This document shows positions 1 through 13,502 of a stretch of 64,000 nt of DNA, in pieces. Position 1 is the stretch's first letter; each line of letters begins with the position of its first letter. The notes under the pieces were generated by a model. The model was not told the origin of the DNA. It searched no databases and saw only the letters and a list, made by a program, of their open reading frames with translations. The translations under genes and the position numbers were made by a program. The DNA comes from Oikopleura dioica (taxonomy: Eukaryota > Animalia > Chordata), in assembly GCA_907165135.1 (NCBI GenBank), contig OU015566.1:5580001-5644000 (forward strand). The letters are read 5' to 3'.

Positions 1-1733
1 AATGCATGCGCGCTGTGCTCGGATGCAAACAGCGCCACCACAAGTTTGATGTCAAGGATGATCTCTTTTTTCTAGTGCTTTTTGTTACCTTTACTGAGTT
101 TTCCGGCATTTTGGCGAAGATGAAGATTTGCCTCGAAATCTGGATTGGTGGATGTTTGCCGTCTCTCTGTTTCAGTCGAATAACTGTAGTTTCTCGATCA
201 GTTTTGAATTAATTCTTTGTTTTTGAAAAGATAAAGCTTTGAATTGCAGATTTTTTTTTCGCCGCGGAAGTTGTTGCTGAGTGAGCTTCTGCGAGAGGTA
301 TGATCTGCCAGGTTCAAAACGCAAGATATTTAGCAAGCGAGGATCCGCCTTGCCGTGGCATACAAGATCAGTGGAGGGCGCCCCCTCGCCCAAGCAGCCG
401 CAGTTGAGGGCAGCCCGGAGCCACGCAGCCCAGCTAAGCTCTTGCTACCTGCACGAGACTCTACTAATGGATTGGAACTCGACTATACTTGTTGCTGCGT
501 AACTTGACCGTATTTATATCCAACCGCCCGCCTCCTTTAAAACTAAAAATGGAACTCAGTTTATAGACAAATAAAATTGTCCCTCTTTGAAAAAGATTAT
601 TGTATCAAGATAATTTCAAATTTAAATTGCATTTAATTATTTGAAGAATAATAAAAATAATTAAAATTTGTAATCGATCCATCTTTTTGAGCAATAATTT
701 TTATCAAATGCGATATTGGCTTCAAAAGCAATTGAGTCAAATAAAAGCCAGTTGCAAAACGATACACTGCATGCCGATAAAACAAGCATTGCCTCCTGCT
801 TCTTGTTTTCGCCTTGAAAGGGAAAATGGTCATTTCTGCGGGGAAGTCCTGGAGGATTTTATTGCACCGGCGACTAACCTTGCCTCGCTCCCGCTTGCTG
901 TAAATTTTGTAGGAAGAAGTTTCTTTCCTAGAATTTTATTTTATCGTTTTTGCTTCTTCAATTCTCAATTTCAAATTCACAAAATGAAATGAAGGATCGA
1001 TTTCTGGTTGTATAACTAATATTCAAATTTCGTCTTTCTCCACAGAAAAATCAAAATTCGCAGCTGGAATCAAAAAGGGCAGACGGGTTCATTGCCAGAC
1101 TCGTCAGAAAAAAAGAGAATCTTGGATCATGAGATCCGAAAAAGAAGTCTTAAGATTGCCCATTCAGTTTCGGAAATTTAGCCCAAGATTGTCAACTTTA
1201 TGCAAAGAACCTTTTATGTCCAAAAAGCAATTTTTGGTTACAAATTTCAGCATGAGTCGACAATCTTGGGCAAAAATTGAGTAAATCTGAATTTTATTCC
1301 AAAAAAAAAGTTGTCAGAAGAGATTATTTGATTCCGGTTAATAGAAGCTGCCAAAAACGAGTGATTCGATTTGCACCCCCTGTAGCTGCGATTGCTGCTG
1401 CCACTGTAGCTGCGTGAGAATTAATCTGTGTGCAAAAGCATAGGATCAACGCAGTGGGAGGCCTTATCTACCGCCATATTTGTGCTAAGCAGGGTTTTGT
1501 AACGCTATCGCATATTTTTCACTTATCACAGGAGAGTGAGAAGACTGATGAGTTTTATTCAATATCGCCCTCTTCTGACCAGCATGAGAGCGAACTTGCA
1601 TCTTCGAGGAATCCGATAATCGACAACGAAACAATTTCAAGTCAGAAGCAAAAATAACACGGGGGTTCGAACTTGGAAGAATAATCATCTGATCTTATTT
1701 GAAAAACTGTATAAGAACCTTCAAAAATATTGG

Positions 1734-2067
1734 CTAGCCAATCAGATGCTAGCATAGCCCCATATCAAGGCCCCATTTTAACGGATTTCTTAGATGATGT
1801 TCGGAGAAGTTTGCAATTAGAATTGGTACAGGACCAATTCTTCTATAATATAGCTAGAATTGGTCTTATACCACCTACCTAGTGGGGGGGGGGTCCCGGC
1901 GGCGTAGCCCCTTGGTAAGGGTTAGGGGTATCATACCAATTCTAGCCAAATTATAGAATAGTTGGTCCTGTACGAATTCTTATTGCATACTTCCCCGAAC
2001 ATCATCTAAGAAATCCGTTAAAATGGGGCCTTAGTATGGGACCAATGCTAACGTCTGATTGGTCTAG
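1734..2067. mobile_element. Foldback/MITE-like element, ~140-bp imperfect inverted arms around a G-rich core containing GGGTTAGGG
   Basis: ctagccaatcag...ggtcttatacc at the left is the near reverse complement of ggtatcatacc...ctgattggtctag at the right. Confidence 0.8.
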
Positions 2068-2189
2068 TCGGTCCTGCACTAATTCTAATTGCAACCTTCT
2101 ATTTTGGGGACTGTCTTGTTGAATTTTAACCCGTTTAAATGGTGCTCAATTATTGAGCTGGGCTGGTTGACTGAAATATATCCACTTAG

Positions 2190-2620
2190 TATGATTGGCA
2201 GTAGCACAATCCATTTCCTAAAACGCCAGGGTCGTAATTTTCCGCATTCGTGCACCCGGTCCCTTATACAGCCGAAAAAATATCGATGTCTATCATAAAC
2301 ATCATCGTATTTTCCACGCCATCGTAAAAATACAAATTCGGGTCGATCATTTCCCTTTGATCAAGTGATGATTTGCTTCTTCTCAGATGCAAATTTCACG
2401 ATCTGCGGAAATTGCATTCGATCTGAAGGAGTTGCTTTTCATAAATACGCTTTTTCAACTTTTTAGGTCAAAAGCACTAGATTTTTATGGAGGTAGCAGC
2501 GGAAGAGCGGGGTAGGAGCGGGGATAATCCTGCGACTCAGCTGCAATAAAAAAGCAGGTACTTCAACTGCTCAACTTTTCGTTTATGACTTTTGGATGAT
2601 ACTTCTTCTTTGTCTTGCAT
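2190..2620 (-). CDS. Probable exons of an unidentified gene
   Basis: Open minus-strand segments near splice-like signals (LSRRIIPAPTPLFRCYLHKNL; RIYEKQLLQIECNFRRS; GNDRPEFVFLRWRGKYDDVYDRHRYFFGC); no family recognised. Confidence 0.3.
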
Positions 2621-2706
2621 TATCGCTGCTGGCCGTAAAAAATTACTAGGCGGCCTTGAAGAGCAATTTGAAAACGGATTCTCCTAGGAAATTCATAGCT
2701 CAATTA

Positions 2707-2907
2707 CAATAAAAACGCCTGGTCTGGGACGGTCAAAAATACGCCTGGTTTGGGACGGTCGGGCCGTTTAAAGATCAAAGGCACACGCCCAGGGGGTGAT
2801 TTTTAACTTATTGCGAGCGAAATTGGCGCTAGAGAAGAAAATGAAAAAACGCCTGGTTTGGGACGCTTTTGTTGATTAAGGCCGTCCCAGACCAGGCGTT
2901 TTTACTG
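2707..2907. mobile_element. Tc1/mariner-type MITE
   Basis: TIR CA(A/G)TAAAAACGCCTGGTCTGGGACGG at both ends, TA on both flanks (2705-2706, 2908-2909), internal copies of ACGCCTGGTTTGGGACG. Confidence 0.85.
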
Positions 2908-4769
2908 TAATGGGCAACTAAGCAAAAAAAAATGAAGAAGTACCAAAATATGATCGACACCAATTTGTGTTTCGAAGGTATTTTCTTTAAGAACGTACTA
3001 GACTAAGTTCGCAAGCACAATACCTTGGCTTATGAAAGGCGAGTTACACAACCTCACTACATATATAAAAATATTCTCGCTCTCTCTCTCACTTTGAATA
3101 TGTGTTAAATGATATAACCGGGAGTGTGGAACTGGTGTAGTCGTTGTAATTGAAAGTTAAATGCTTTGACCCTGTTGAAGGGTCCGTTTCCTTGCGCAAC
3201 GATTTGCTTCAGTTGCCGTTGAATACTTCGAGCAATGCTCAAAGCACCATGTCTAAATCTCGATAAAAATGCTCATTCTTACATTATGGTTATGGAATCA
3301 ATACGCATTCCCGAATCTCGTTTAATTATATATCCCCGTTTATCGGGCACAGATTATTCAAAGAAGATAATTTACATAGCAAGAAGAACATCGCAACAAA
3401 GATGCCTCTCTCATCAAAATAATCTTTATGAATACCAAATACTGATAAACAATCTTCGAGAAATATCTAATTCAAAAATTCAAAAGAAAAAAAACGAATG
3501 ATTCGAAAAGCTAGGAAAAAAGTTTTCAGATCACCCCCTCCCCCGACGATTGTGGGCAAAAGCTGAGGAGGGAGGGGGTTCTAACTCGTCTGTGATTGCC
3601 AATCACTGATTGGTGGAAGCAAAATTACTGACCAATTATTATTTGAGAGGAACACCCCCCAATAATAATCACCCCCACTGTCAAAGGGCTACATTCTTCA
3701 CCCCCATAGCCCCCCAAAAATAATTTTGTGGCTTGAAAATTGAAGCATTTCATCATCAGTTTCACTGTTAAAAATTCGTATTTTGCAATTTTTCGCCCAT
3801 CGCGTAATACTCCTTAATCCGCATGTTCCATGCCAACGCGTAAAACACAAAAATTAATCATCGGCACAAAGGGATTAAAAGTGTGAGATGATTTTTTCAT
3901 TTTTTGACGGAGCGGCGCGACTCCCCGCTGCGCCGGAACTCGCTGCCATCAAACGAGAAATCGGCGGCTAATCCGAAAGCGAGAGAGTGAGGCCTCTCCA
4001 AAACTCGTTCGGGGACACTTCCAGGCAAGGCGCGAAATCAAATGAAAATTTGCAGATTACTGTCATCCGACGATTAATTTTCTTTTGATTCCTTTTCTCA
4101 TGGACTCGCATTTCCGTTTATTGTCAGTTTAAGGGTTAACCCTTAGGGTTAGTAACCCCTTGGCGCATGTAGTGATAAAACAAAGCCTGCTTCAAGTTAT
4201 ACTGTATAAATTGGCCATTTAATTAATCTGAAAAAAACAAACAAGAAAAAAAATTAAGGGTATCATGATGAAATCGCAATTGAAAAATTTTAACCCGCTG
4301 CCGCAGGCATGCACAAAGCTAAACCTATTTCGGCGAATCCTTACCCTAACCCTAACCCCACTTTAACCCTTTATTTGAGAACATGCAGTATTTTGATTCC
4401 GATTCTGAATATATTCGCGTTGCGAGGAGATCCGCGGAAATAATTTTCACCAAACTAAACAGAGCATGAAAAAAGACGGCAATTCATTACTAGCTCGCAT
4501 TTTTAACAATGGTGCTTTTGCCAGCAACGCTAAATCGAAGCAAATCGCAAATTGACTAGAGCTGAAATTGAAAATGGGCGACAATGAAGAATTGCACCAG
4601 CGGAGCGTGACTACTTTTTTTTTGTGTGCGGAATAAGCTTCAATGGCTCAAGAAATTTACATGCCGCGGCGCATTTGCCCCGACCTTGGCCAACAAGTTT
4701 AAGTGAAGCTTCGTGCGACTGCCCTGTTTAGACTAATAACTGCCAAGGCTTTCATTTCAACTCGTGCAG

Positions 4770-5610
4770 CAAATTCCGACTTTGTTTTTACATTACTACT
4801 GCCTCTTATCAAAACTTTCCTGAAACCATTCGACTGCAAATTGAAAGATGATCAGCGTTATATAAAAAATTCTGATTTTTTTTTTCTGTCAGAACTCTCG
4901 ATTCGTAGATCTTTTTTATATAATTTGAGTTATATAAAATGTTATATAAAAAAAGTTACATAACGAAAATAAGCACTGGTAATCCAAGTTAGCAACAGTT
5001 GAAGTAGAATCTTCACAAAAGTAGGTCAACTGATGCAATTCTCGTGAATAAATTGAGACCGAAATTGGCTTATTAGGTTAGGAAAATGTGTATCGAGCTG
5101 AGTTGAGCTGAGCTGGCCTTTTGAGAGATCATTTAGCTCAGCTCAATCAGCCAGCTCAGCTCAGAAAATTTGCAATTCTGGCCCAAAACGTCTCTCCTAT
5201 TCCTGCATGTGTGGCTCAAAACGTCGCTCCTGCTGGTGCATGTGTTGTCCAAAACGTCTTTTTGGCCACGTCGCCTAACTTGAAAATTCAATCGGAAAAG
5301 TCCGATTTTGTTGTTACATTACTACTGCTTCTTTATATAAAAAATTCTTGATAAATCATTCTCTGATGTTGGAAATTCAGAATTTCAAATTCTGCATTTC
5401 TGAAAACGTTAATCCTGCAAATAAACGAACTCAAAAATTCTGTCTGTTTTTTTGTCAGAAGCTCTGACTCAGAACTCTTCCATCCGGAGATCTTTATTAT
5501 AAAGTATTAGTTATATAACTTGTTATATAAAAAGTTATATAAAAAAAATGAGCACTGGAAATTCAGGCTTGGAATGGAAAGACTTGAAGTAGAATCTCCA
5601 GAAAAATTGG
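4770..5610. repeat. Diverged direct repeat with ~530-bp offset; a (GAGCT)n MITE fragment at ~5095-5180 lies between the copies
   Basis: tccga(c/t)tttgtt..tacattactactgc at ~4775 and ~5300; gttatataa...agcactgg...ttgaagtagaatct at ~4930-5010 and ~5510-5600. Confidence 0.6.
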
Positions 5611-5726
5611 GCACAAACCAAGAAAAGGAAGTGAGTTTTTGAATAGCCAATAAGATTGTTGTACTTTGCCTACCGGCCAATCAAAACCTAGATCCAGATA
5701 ATCACTTTCTTTTCTTGGTTCTGCCC
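5609..5726. mobile_element. Small MITE-like inverted repeat
   Basis: GGGCAcaaaccaagaaaaggaagtga ... tcactttcttttcttggttcTGCCC. Confidence 0.6.
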
Positions 5727-6549
5727 AAAAATTGACCAATTCATAAGATACCCATCATCAATTGAAGAATCATTTGGCATTATTTTCGATCAAAGCATAA
5801 AAAAGTATTCACGGCTCCTATTTTCGTATATTCGTGCGGTTATGGTGCTCCGTCATGCACTGACGGAAGACGAAAAAAATCAAAAAAGGAAGAAAGATAA
5901 CGACCGTGCGCAGAAAATTGGACGGGGCGTTTAATCATCTGGAACCTATATAATGACCCTACCGGCCAATCTCGCGGAAATATCGATTCGAGGCCATTTC
6001 CTGGCGAGTACCTGGCGATACAGCAGAAAGAGGCGATAAGGGGGCTGGGCAGTGACAGGATAAAGGGATCTGAATGATGATGACGCGTAAAACGGGAGTG
6101 GATTGATGTCCTGGAAGGAAGTTGATAACGGGTGAATATCTTGAACTGATACCCTTAAAATAATCCTCGGAAATTCTCTTGTTTCCAAGGGATTTTCCAT
6201 AAATTGTCGACTAATTGGACAAAGAATTGCCGAAATCGACAATTTAGGGCCTTACACACCTAGCTTTACCGACACTCTTAGACTTATAAGATCCATCTTC
6301 ATAAAAGAAGCCATCGAAAATACACTCATCACAAGGCGACCTGCTTAATTCTTCTTTCCCTTCTTCTTTTCTTTTTTTCCTTCTGTTGTTAATTTCAAAG
6401 AACAACTCGGCGTAATAATTGCTAAAGAAAGAAAAGCGGAACCCAGCGAAGGGAAAAGTGATTTGTCTTTCTTTGGGTGCTTGTGAGATCTGAGCCTGTA
6501 CCGCCCAAATCCGCCTTGGCGGTCGTTTATGCTTAATTCGACTGCGGAT

Positions 6550-7892
6550 TAGTGCACCTTAGACGGACCTCCGCTTTCAATCAGCTGGACAGCTTTCTTT
6601 TGGTACTCAAGCGCGGTGCAAGGCGGACAATGGGAGACAGCCCAGCGCTCCAGAAAGTAATAAACATCCTGATTGATGGGCAGGGTAAATGGACGGATAA
6701 GGGGGTAGAGAGGGGCTATCATTGGAGCCTATGATTCGAACCATCCAATATCTCTAGAATCTGGGGTAGTGGTTAGGGTTAGGGACGTGGAACTCTTAAG
6801 GGGGGTCCGGGCGAAGCCTCCTGGTTTAGGCCTAAGGGGGTCCCGGGGGCGTATCCCCCTGGGTTAGCTTTATGGTTAGGGGTAGCTCGAATGATAACCC
6901 CTTACTACCGATAAGGGGGCCATCATACTATGCCATGGAGATATCTCCAGTTTCTGTGACTTATTCATTGAGACGAAGATTTTTGATTCTTTCGTTCTCT
7001 TCGTGGAAGTCATTTTCTTTCAGGATTTTCCACGACGTCTTTATTCGAGAACCGGGAGAATAGATAGCCTTTATATATGGAACAAGATGTAGATTCTATT
7101 CTATTTGTTCTATTTATTGTTGTTTGATCATAAATATATAATGACTGGTTATCGCTACTTTTATAGGAGAAATCTAGCATCCCACTTATCTCCTAAAACT
7201 CTGAGATCAAAGCGCGCCACCGCCCCTTTTTAAAGAGGCAAAAAATATTTGAAAATAATGACGATAGAGCTATACAAGCAGAATAATTAACGAGTTGCTA
7301 GAAGTGCTCGCCTCTCTTGTCTAAACTGGATTAGAAAGGGCACTTAGCCAAGTACTCCACGAACAAGAAATGATAGATCGATCACCGCCCATTAGTAGTC
7401 CACATACAAATCAAACATATTAACACGGCAATTAGCATTTTTAAGGCGGCCAGCTTTGAATTAGACCCAATTTTTCAACCAAAAAAAAAGGTTGAAATCA
7501 AGGATGAAAATTCTAGAGCAGCCGCTCTTCTATGATTTTCTTCCGGAGTTAGTGCAGTGACACCCTTATTCTTCCAAAAGAAAAACAGTAGATAAAATAA
7601 AGATTTATTGATTTGAGAAGTTGCTGTCTACTTTTGGGGGTAAAAAGCTGACTTAGATAAAAAGGCAGCTTGAAAATCGCAGAGGAAAAGAGCAGTTCTC
7701 CAGCCAGTGTCGCGAAATCGATCTCCTTGAGTTGCGCGAATGCAGTTTTGCTCGTATTTCTGGTATACCATTTTCATAATCGATGCCGGGCCGCAGCTCA
7801 TCCGGGCACCCCATGCTCAAATTATGAATTCGGATCACTGATCCATTCTCGATAATTTTCGCGAACTCGTAACTCTTCATTGATTTTCTCAT
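6550..7892 (-). CDS. Candidate multi-exon gene of unknown function; one exon contains HCPPC
   Basis: Open minus-strand segments at 7653-7892, ~6955-7060 (SRIKTSWKILKENDFHEENERIKNLRL) and ~6550-6690 (YFLERWAVSHCPPCTALEYQ); joins not resolved. Confidence 0.3.
6689..6925. mobile_element. MITE with a TTAGGG-containing core; same family as 29225-29413
   Basis: Arms gtagagaggggctatcattggagc / gctcgaatgataaccccttactac; core ggttagggttaggg...gggtcc...gtagctcgaatgataacccc shared with the 29.3-kb copy. Confidence 0.65.
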
Positions 7893-8345
7893 TTCGCAAA
7901 GCTGATTATGAGAAAATTTTTAATTGGATCATTTTCAAAAAGGAGTAATTGAGGACTTGCTTATCGGATGCTCCGGGAGGTGCGTTTTTTGATTGCGATT
8001 AGGGAAGCCATTGCTCGATTTGTTGTGCTCTGGATCTGCTTATCGCGATCACCTGTTACTCGGCTATCGGGCACTTGCCATAACTGCCACTTTTTACACA
8101 TTTGTTTGAGGGAAACGAATCAAGAAGGTTTAATGAGATTATTTTTTAACTTTCGGTTTGATTTGCGATAGTGGCTTATACGGTTCAAATTATTTGAAAC
8201 TATTAGTGTCTTAGTAAAAATTCATGACTAACAAACAATATAATTCTTGCCGCCTGCGCATATTTTACGATCTCTGGTCGAGATGGTTGATAGAAGTCGT
8301 CAATAAGAAAGTTGTGAGAGATTACCAACACAAGAAAGAATACCG

Positions 8346-9389
8346 ATGTCAAATGAATCGCATTATGCCGAAAGCGAAAGTGTTTTAACGGAGGAAAGTG
8401 AAGCACCTAATTCTATATTAATTGGTATGACAAAATTAATTCGAAAAAAAAAATATTTTCCAGATCAACTGAGATCAAAAATAGAACAAGAATCAAGGAA
8501 GGTCAACGAAAAAGTACAAATACTACAGATAAAGCTTTCTGATGCCGAGATAGAGAACGCTAATTACAAAAAGCGAATCGCAAAACTTGAAAATACCGTC
8601 CACACCCAAGGGCACAAGATAGACCAACTAGAAACGTCACTTGAAGAAAAAATCTTGGAAAACGAAAAGCAAAGACTGAATGTCAGCAGTGGGTCGAAAA
8701 TTGTCAATCAAGCACAAAAGAACCCAGGGACAGTCGTTTTACAAGAAAATTTCGGCTTGCATGAAAAACAGCTTGAGATTCTTCAAGAATACAGGAATAT
8801 TTTCAATTTAAAAGTATCATATCCTTTTTGTCTCTCATTAAATTATAATTATTATTTGAAAAGCTAAGAAAGTTGTCTTGGCCACTTTACCGAGGATGAT
8901 GAGAGTGAATATCAGGGTGGAAAATTTTTTTTTGATCATACGTCTTTTGCGCTCATGATGAAAGCTTACAAAAACGGATTGAAAGAATTCACCCTGAAGG
9001 TTCGTCGAAAAATTAATTTAAAAACTGATAATAAAGAATTAAATAGCTCAGAGGTTCAGATGAAGACTTTTCAGTTGGAAAGTCAAAATTTCATTTCTCC
9101 AATGAAGAAATAGATCTACCGGACGGTGAACTAAAATGGTGTAAACGTCTTTCTATCACTCACGAAGGTAACCGTTTCTGAGAATCTGTTTTATTTATAT
9201 TCAGGGCGAAAACTTCGATTCAAAGCGAGAATTCAAGTCATGAATTCTGTTGCGGGTTTTGAACAGAAAATATACGATTGGAAAGAAACTGATTCTGAAG
9301 GTGTTCACGAGCAGATTCTTCTTTCAACGGATTGGGAAGTGCTAGGAGGAACATGGTATAGCAGATATCATCTGACTTTTCTTGAATAA
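8346..9389 (+). CDS. Tandem-family copy A: unknown protein with N-terminal coiled coil and a C-terminal globular domain, 280 aa
   Basis: Exons 8346-8424, 8464-8794, 8873-8999, 9047-9167, 9205-9389 sum to 843 nt with no internal stop; intron 2 is GA-AG; structure conserved in the paralogs. Confidence 0.85.
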
Positions 9390-9523
9390 ACATTAGTCAA
9401 AAATTCGAAGCAATATTTCAGCTTCATTCGACATTTTTACCTAAAAGTTACCTCGAAAAAATCATCAGCAAATTACCTGAATCTACCTGTACTCGCGTCC
9501 AAATCATCTTTTTCTTCTTATAC

Positions 9524-9621
9524 CGCACGGAAACAGTGCGGTGCCAAACCAGAGTGTGTGCCTAAAAGTGCTCGAACTTGACGAATTGATTATTTTCGCA
9601 CTTGGATGCGAGGACCAAAAT
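9524..9621. other. Highly conserved 98-nt block downstream of each family copy (also 11609-11706, 14428-14525, 17995-18092)
   Basis: Near-identical in four copies; conserved AG|ATTTT acceptor on the minus strand; small hairpins CCGCAC/GTGCGG and TCGCA/TGCGA. Confidence 0.7.
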
Positions 9622-9787
9622 CTTTTTCAGGAGATGAATGAGAAATCTTGCTTACTTATCTAAACTGGTCAAAATATATACGGAAAAGCGCCAAAATAGT
9701 GGATGCAGGAAAAAGCAAGTTCGGGTGGCATAATCGGAGTCTCAAAAACAGAGGCGCCCAGCAGGGAGTCTCTCACTTTCCTGCAGC

Positions 9788-10123
9788 CAGTGTTCCAAAT
9801 TTGGCGAAAAATTTTTGAATTTGAGCGAGCGATGAGCGAGTGGGAATTGAGCAAGGGCTGAGCGAGCAAGTGGCTGAGGGGATTTTTCAAAAATCGGCTA
9901 AGCGATTGAGCGAGCGACGTTTGAGCGAGATCTGAGCGACATTTGAGATATAAACGTCGCGCAAGCGTCGCTCAAACCTCGCTCAAACCTCGCTCAGGTC
10001 ATCATATTTTTGAACATTGAGCGCGCGAGCGACTAAGCAGTTCTCTATAAAAATCAGTTGACTGGGCGGAGCATGAGCGATCGCTCAGATGTCGCTCAGC
10101 GCTCAACCAGAATTGGAACCCTG
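9788..10123. mobile_element. hAT-type MITE with GAGC/GCTC-rich interior
   Basis: TIR CAG(T/G)GTTCCAA; 8-bp TSD cctgcagc/ccggcaac (6 of 8 match); paralogous repeat units have the empty site cactttcctgc.gcgctataaatt. Confidence 0.9.
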
Positions 10124-10431
10124 CCGGCAACGCTATAAATTGACCATCATCTTTTGCAACTCATTGTAACAATTTAAGAGCAGGCTTTCAAATAAGCCGA
10201 AATGGCGAAAATATGAACTATAAATTATAGTCTATAATTTAACATTATGAGGCAGGACACAAATCAGAATTATATTCTTCTTATTAAATTTTTCTTTCTG
10301 AGATTCGCGGCATGAATTATTTGCGTACCTTTTCTTAGCTAAATACTAACCAGTGTTTATAGCTTCTTTCTTCCCATTTTTTGATACATTTTGAGCAGAT
10401 ATCCCAAAAATCAAAAGAGAGAGGCATATAA

Positions 10432-11453
10432 ATGTCTGAAAAATCTTACTACAGCGAGAGTTTTCTCTCCGATGATACAGTTGTTCCAAACTCAGCATTA
10501 ATTGGTGAGGAAAATTATCGTTTTGATAGAACTTTTTTGGGTGTTCAGAACAACTGAGATCTGAAATGAAAGCTGAATCAAATAAGGTCAACGAGAAGGT
10601 ACGACTGCTACAGCTAAAGCTTTCTGATGCCGATATGGAGAATACTGATCATAAAAAACGGATCGCAGAGCTTGAAAATACTGTCGAGAACCAAGGGCTA
10701 AAAATAGACCAGTTAGAAAAAACTCTTGAAGAGAAAGTATTAGAAAACGAGATGCAAACGCTCAATGTCAGCAGTGAAATGAAAATTTTCAAACCAGCTC
10801 AGAAGCCTGCTGCTTTTCAAGAAAATTATGGCTTGCATGAAAAACAGCTTGAGATTCTTCAAGAATACGGGAATGTTTTTAATAATATCATTTTCTTTTT
10901 GTCTTATTATTATTTTTATTTGAAAATTTAATAAAGTTGTCTTGGCCACTTTACCGAGAATGATGAGTTTGAGGATTATGGTGGAAACAAATATACTGAT
11001 CAAACGTCTTTTGCGCTCATGATGAAAGCTTACAAAAATGGATTGAAAGAATTCACCCTGAAGGTTGGCCGAAAAATAAACTTTTAAATTGAAAATAAAT
11101 GACTAAATAGGTCGGAGCTTTAGATGAAGACTTTTCTGTTGGAAAGTCAAAATTTAATTACTCCGATGAAGAAATAAAACTACCGGACGGTGGTATAAAA
11201 TTGTGTAAACATCTTACTATCACTCACGAAGGTAACTGCTTGTGAGAATCTGCATTATTTATATTCAGGGCGAAAAATTCGATTCAAAGCGAGAGTTCAA
11301 GTCATGGATGTTGTTGCGGGTTTTAAAAAGAGAATATACGATTGGAAAGAAACTGACTCTGAAGGTGTTCACGAGCAAATTATTCTTTCGACGGATTGGC
11401 CTCACAGAGGAGAAGAATGGTATAGCAGATATCATCTGACTTTTCTTGAATAA
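10432..11453 (+). CDS. Tandem-family copy B
   Basis: MSEKSYYSESFLSDD start, same five-exon layout including the GA-AG intron, ends YHLTFLE*. Confidence 0.8.
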
Positions 11454-13502
11454 ACATTCATCAATATTTTTAAACAATATTTGAATCTTCTTTAATATTT
11501 TCATCTACAAGTAGCCTCGAAAAAGCCATGAGCAGTTGAATGAGCGAAAAAGCGCAAATAGCTGGCGCTACCAGTAATCGCGTCCAAATCATCCCTTTCT
11601 TCCTTTACCGCACGGAAACAGTGCGGTGCCAAACCACAGTGTGTGCCTAAAAGTGCTCGAACTTGACGAATTGATTATTTTCGCACTTGGATGCGAGGAC
11701 AAAAATCTGTCTAAGGAGATAAATTAGGAGTCTTTCCTTCTACAAGTAGTCAAAATATATTTGGAAAATGGCCAAAAATCAAGATGCAGGAAGAAGCAAA
11801 AAAAGCAAGTTCGGGTGGCATAATCGGAATCTGAAATAGCAGGGGCGCGCAGCAGGGAGTCTATCAGTGATAGACTATCACTTTCCTGCGGCGCTATAAA
11901 TTGGCCAACATCTGTTGCGACTCATAATTACAAGTTCAGGAAGCCTTCCTTAGGGCTTACGAATGCGCTCTGTTCTATTTCTTCAGTAATGCGCTGTATC
12001 TTTATTTAGAGTAAGATTCAGCAACTGAACAAGTGTGGGAGAGAAAAGGCAAAAGCACGGGCGATATCCGGTTATTATTATTTCAAGCAGCCTGCAGGGG
12101 GCATTTGGAGCTCTTGACTGTGCAAACCACTTTGACGAAAAGACTCTTCAACTTTTTGTTTTGTTCGCATTTCGCAAATGTGAGATCCACGCCGCATGTG
12201 ATCATCTTAAACATACAAAAGAAACATGAAAAATTATCTCCGACTCTTAAATTGCCATAACTGCCGCTTTTTACACATTTTTTGAGGGATACGAATCAAG
12301 AAGGCCTAATGAGATTTTTTTCAAACTTGCATTTTGATTTGCAATAGCGGCTTATACAAATTATTCGAAACTATTAGTGTCTTAGTGAAAATTCATGACT
12401 AACAAACAATATAATTCTTGCCGCCTGCGCATATTTTACGATCTCTGGTCGAGATGGTTGATAGAAGTCGTCAATAAGAAAGTTGTGAGAGATTACCAAC
12501 ACAAGAAAGAATACCGATGTCAAATGAATCGCATTATGCCGAAAGCGAAAGTGTTTTAACGGAGGAAAGTGAAGCACCTAATTCTATATTAATTGGTATG
12601 ACAAAATTAATTCGAAAAAAAAAATATTTTCCAGATCAACTGAGATCAAAAATAGAACAAGAATCAAGGAAGGTCAACGAAAAAGTACAAATACTACAGA
12701 TAAAGCTTTCTGATGCCGAGATAGAGAACGCTAATTACAAAAAGCGAATCGCAAAACTTGAAAATACCGTCCACACCCAAGGGCACAAGATAGACCAACT
12801 AGAAACGTCACTTGAAGAAAAAATCTTGGAAAACGAAAAGCAAAGACTGAATGTCAGCAGTGGGTCGAAAATTGTCAATCAAGCACAAAAGAACCCAGGG
12901 ACAGTCGTTTTACAAGAAAATTTCGGCTTGCATGAAAAACAGCTTGAGATTCTTCAAGAATACAGGAATATTTTCAATTTAAAAGTATCATATCCTTTTT
13001 GTCTCTCATTAAATTATAATTTTTATTTGAAAAGCTAAGAAAGTTGTCTTGGCCACTTTACCGAGGGTGATGAATATGTAACTCATGGTGGAAAAAAAAA
13101 CTACTGATTATACGTCTTTTGCGCTCATGATGAAAGCTTATGAAAATGGATTAAAAGAATTCACCCTGAAGGTTCGTCTAATAATTCATTGAAAATTAAC
13201 GATTAAATAGTGCGGAGCTGAGGATAGAGACTTTTCTGTTGGAAAGTCAAAATTACATTTCTCCAACGAAATGATAAAACTACCGGGCGGTGATCTAAAA
13301 TGGTGTAAACGTCTTTCTATCACTCACGAAGGTAACTGTTTCTGAGAATCTATTATACTTATATGCAGGGCGAAACATTAGATTCAAAGCGAGAATTCAA
13401 GCCATGGATGCTGTTGCGGGTTTTGAAAAGAAAATATACGATTGGAAAGAAACTGATTCTGAAGGTGTTCACGAGCAGATTCTTTTTTCGACGGATTGGC
13501 CT

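Noticed and set aside
3235-3501. Degenerate GIY-YIG (Penelope-like) endonuclease and nearby hammerhead-like CTGAAG...GAAAC
   Set aside because: IIY...YIA...R...H is only a loose match, the hammerhead core is imperfect, and no reverse transcriptase is nearby
6770-6900. Interstitial telomere or chromosome-fusion scar
   Set aside because: Only 2-3 imperfect hexamers, inside a dispersed inverted-repeat element
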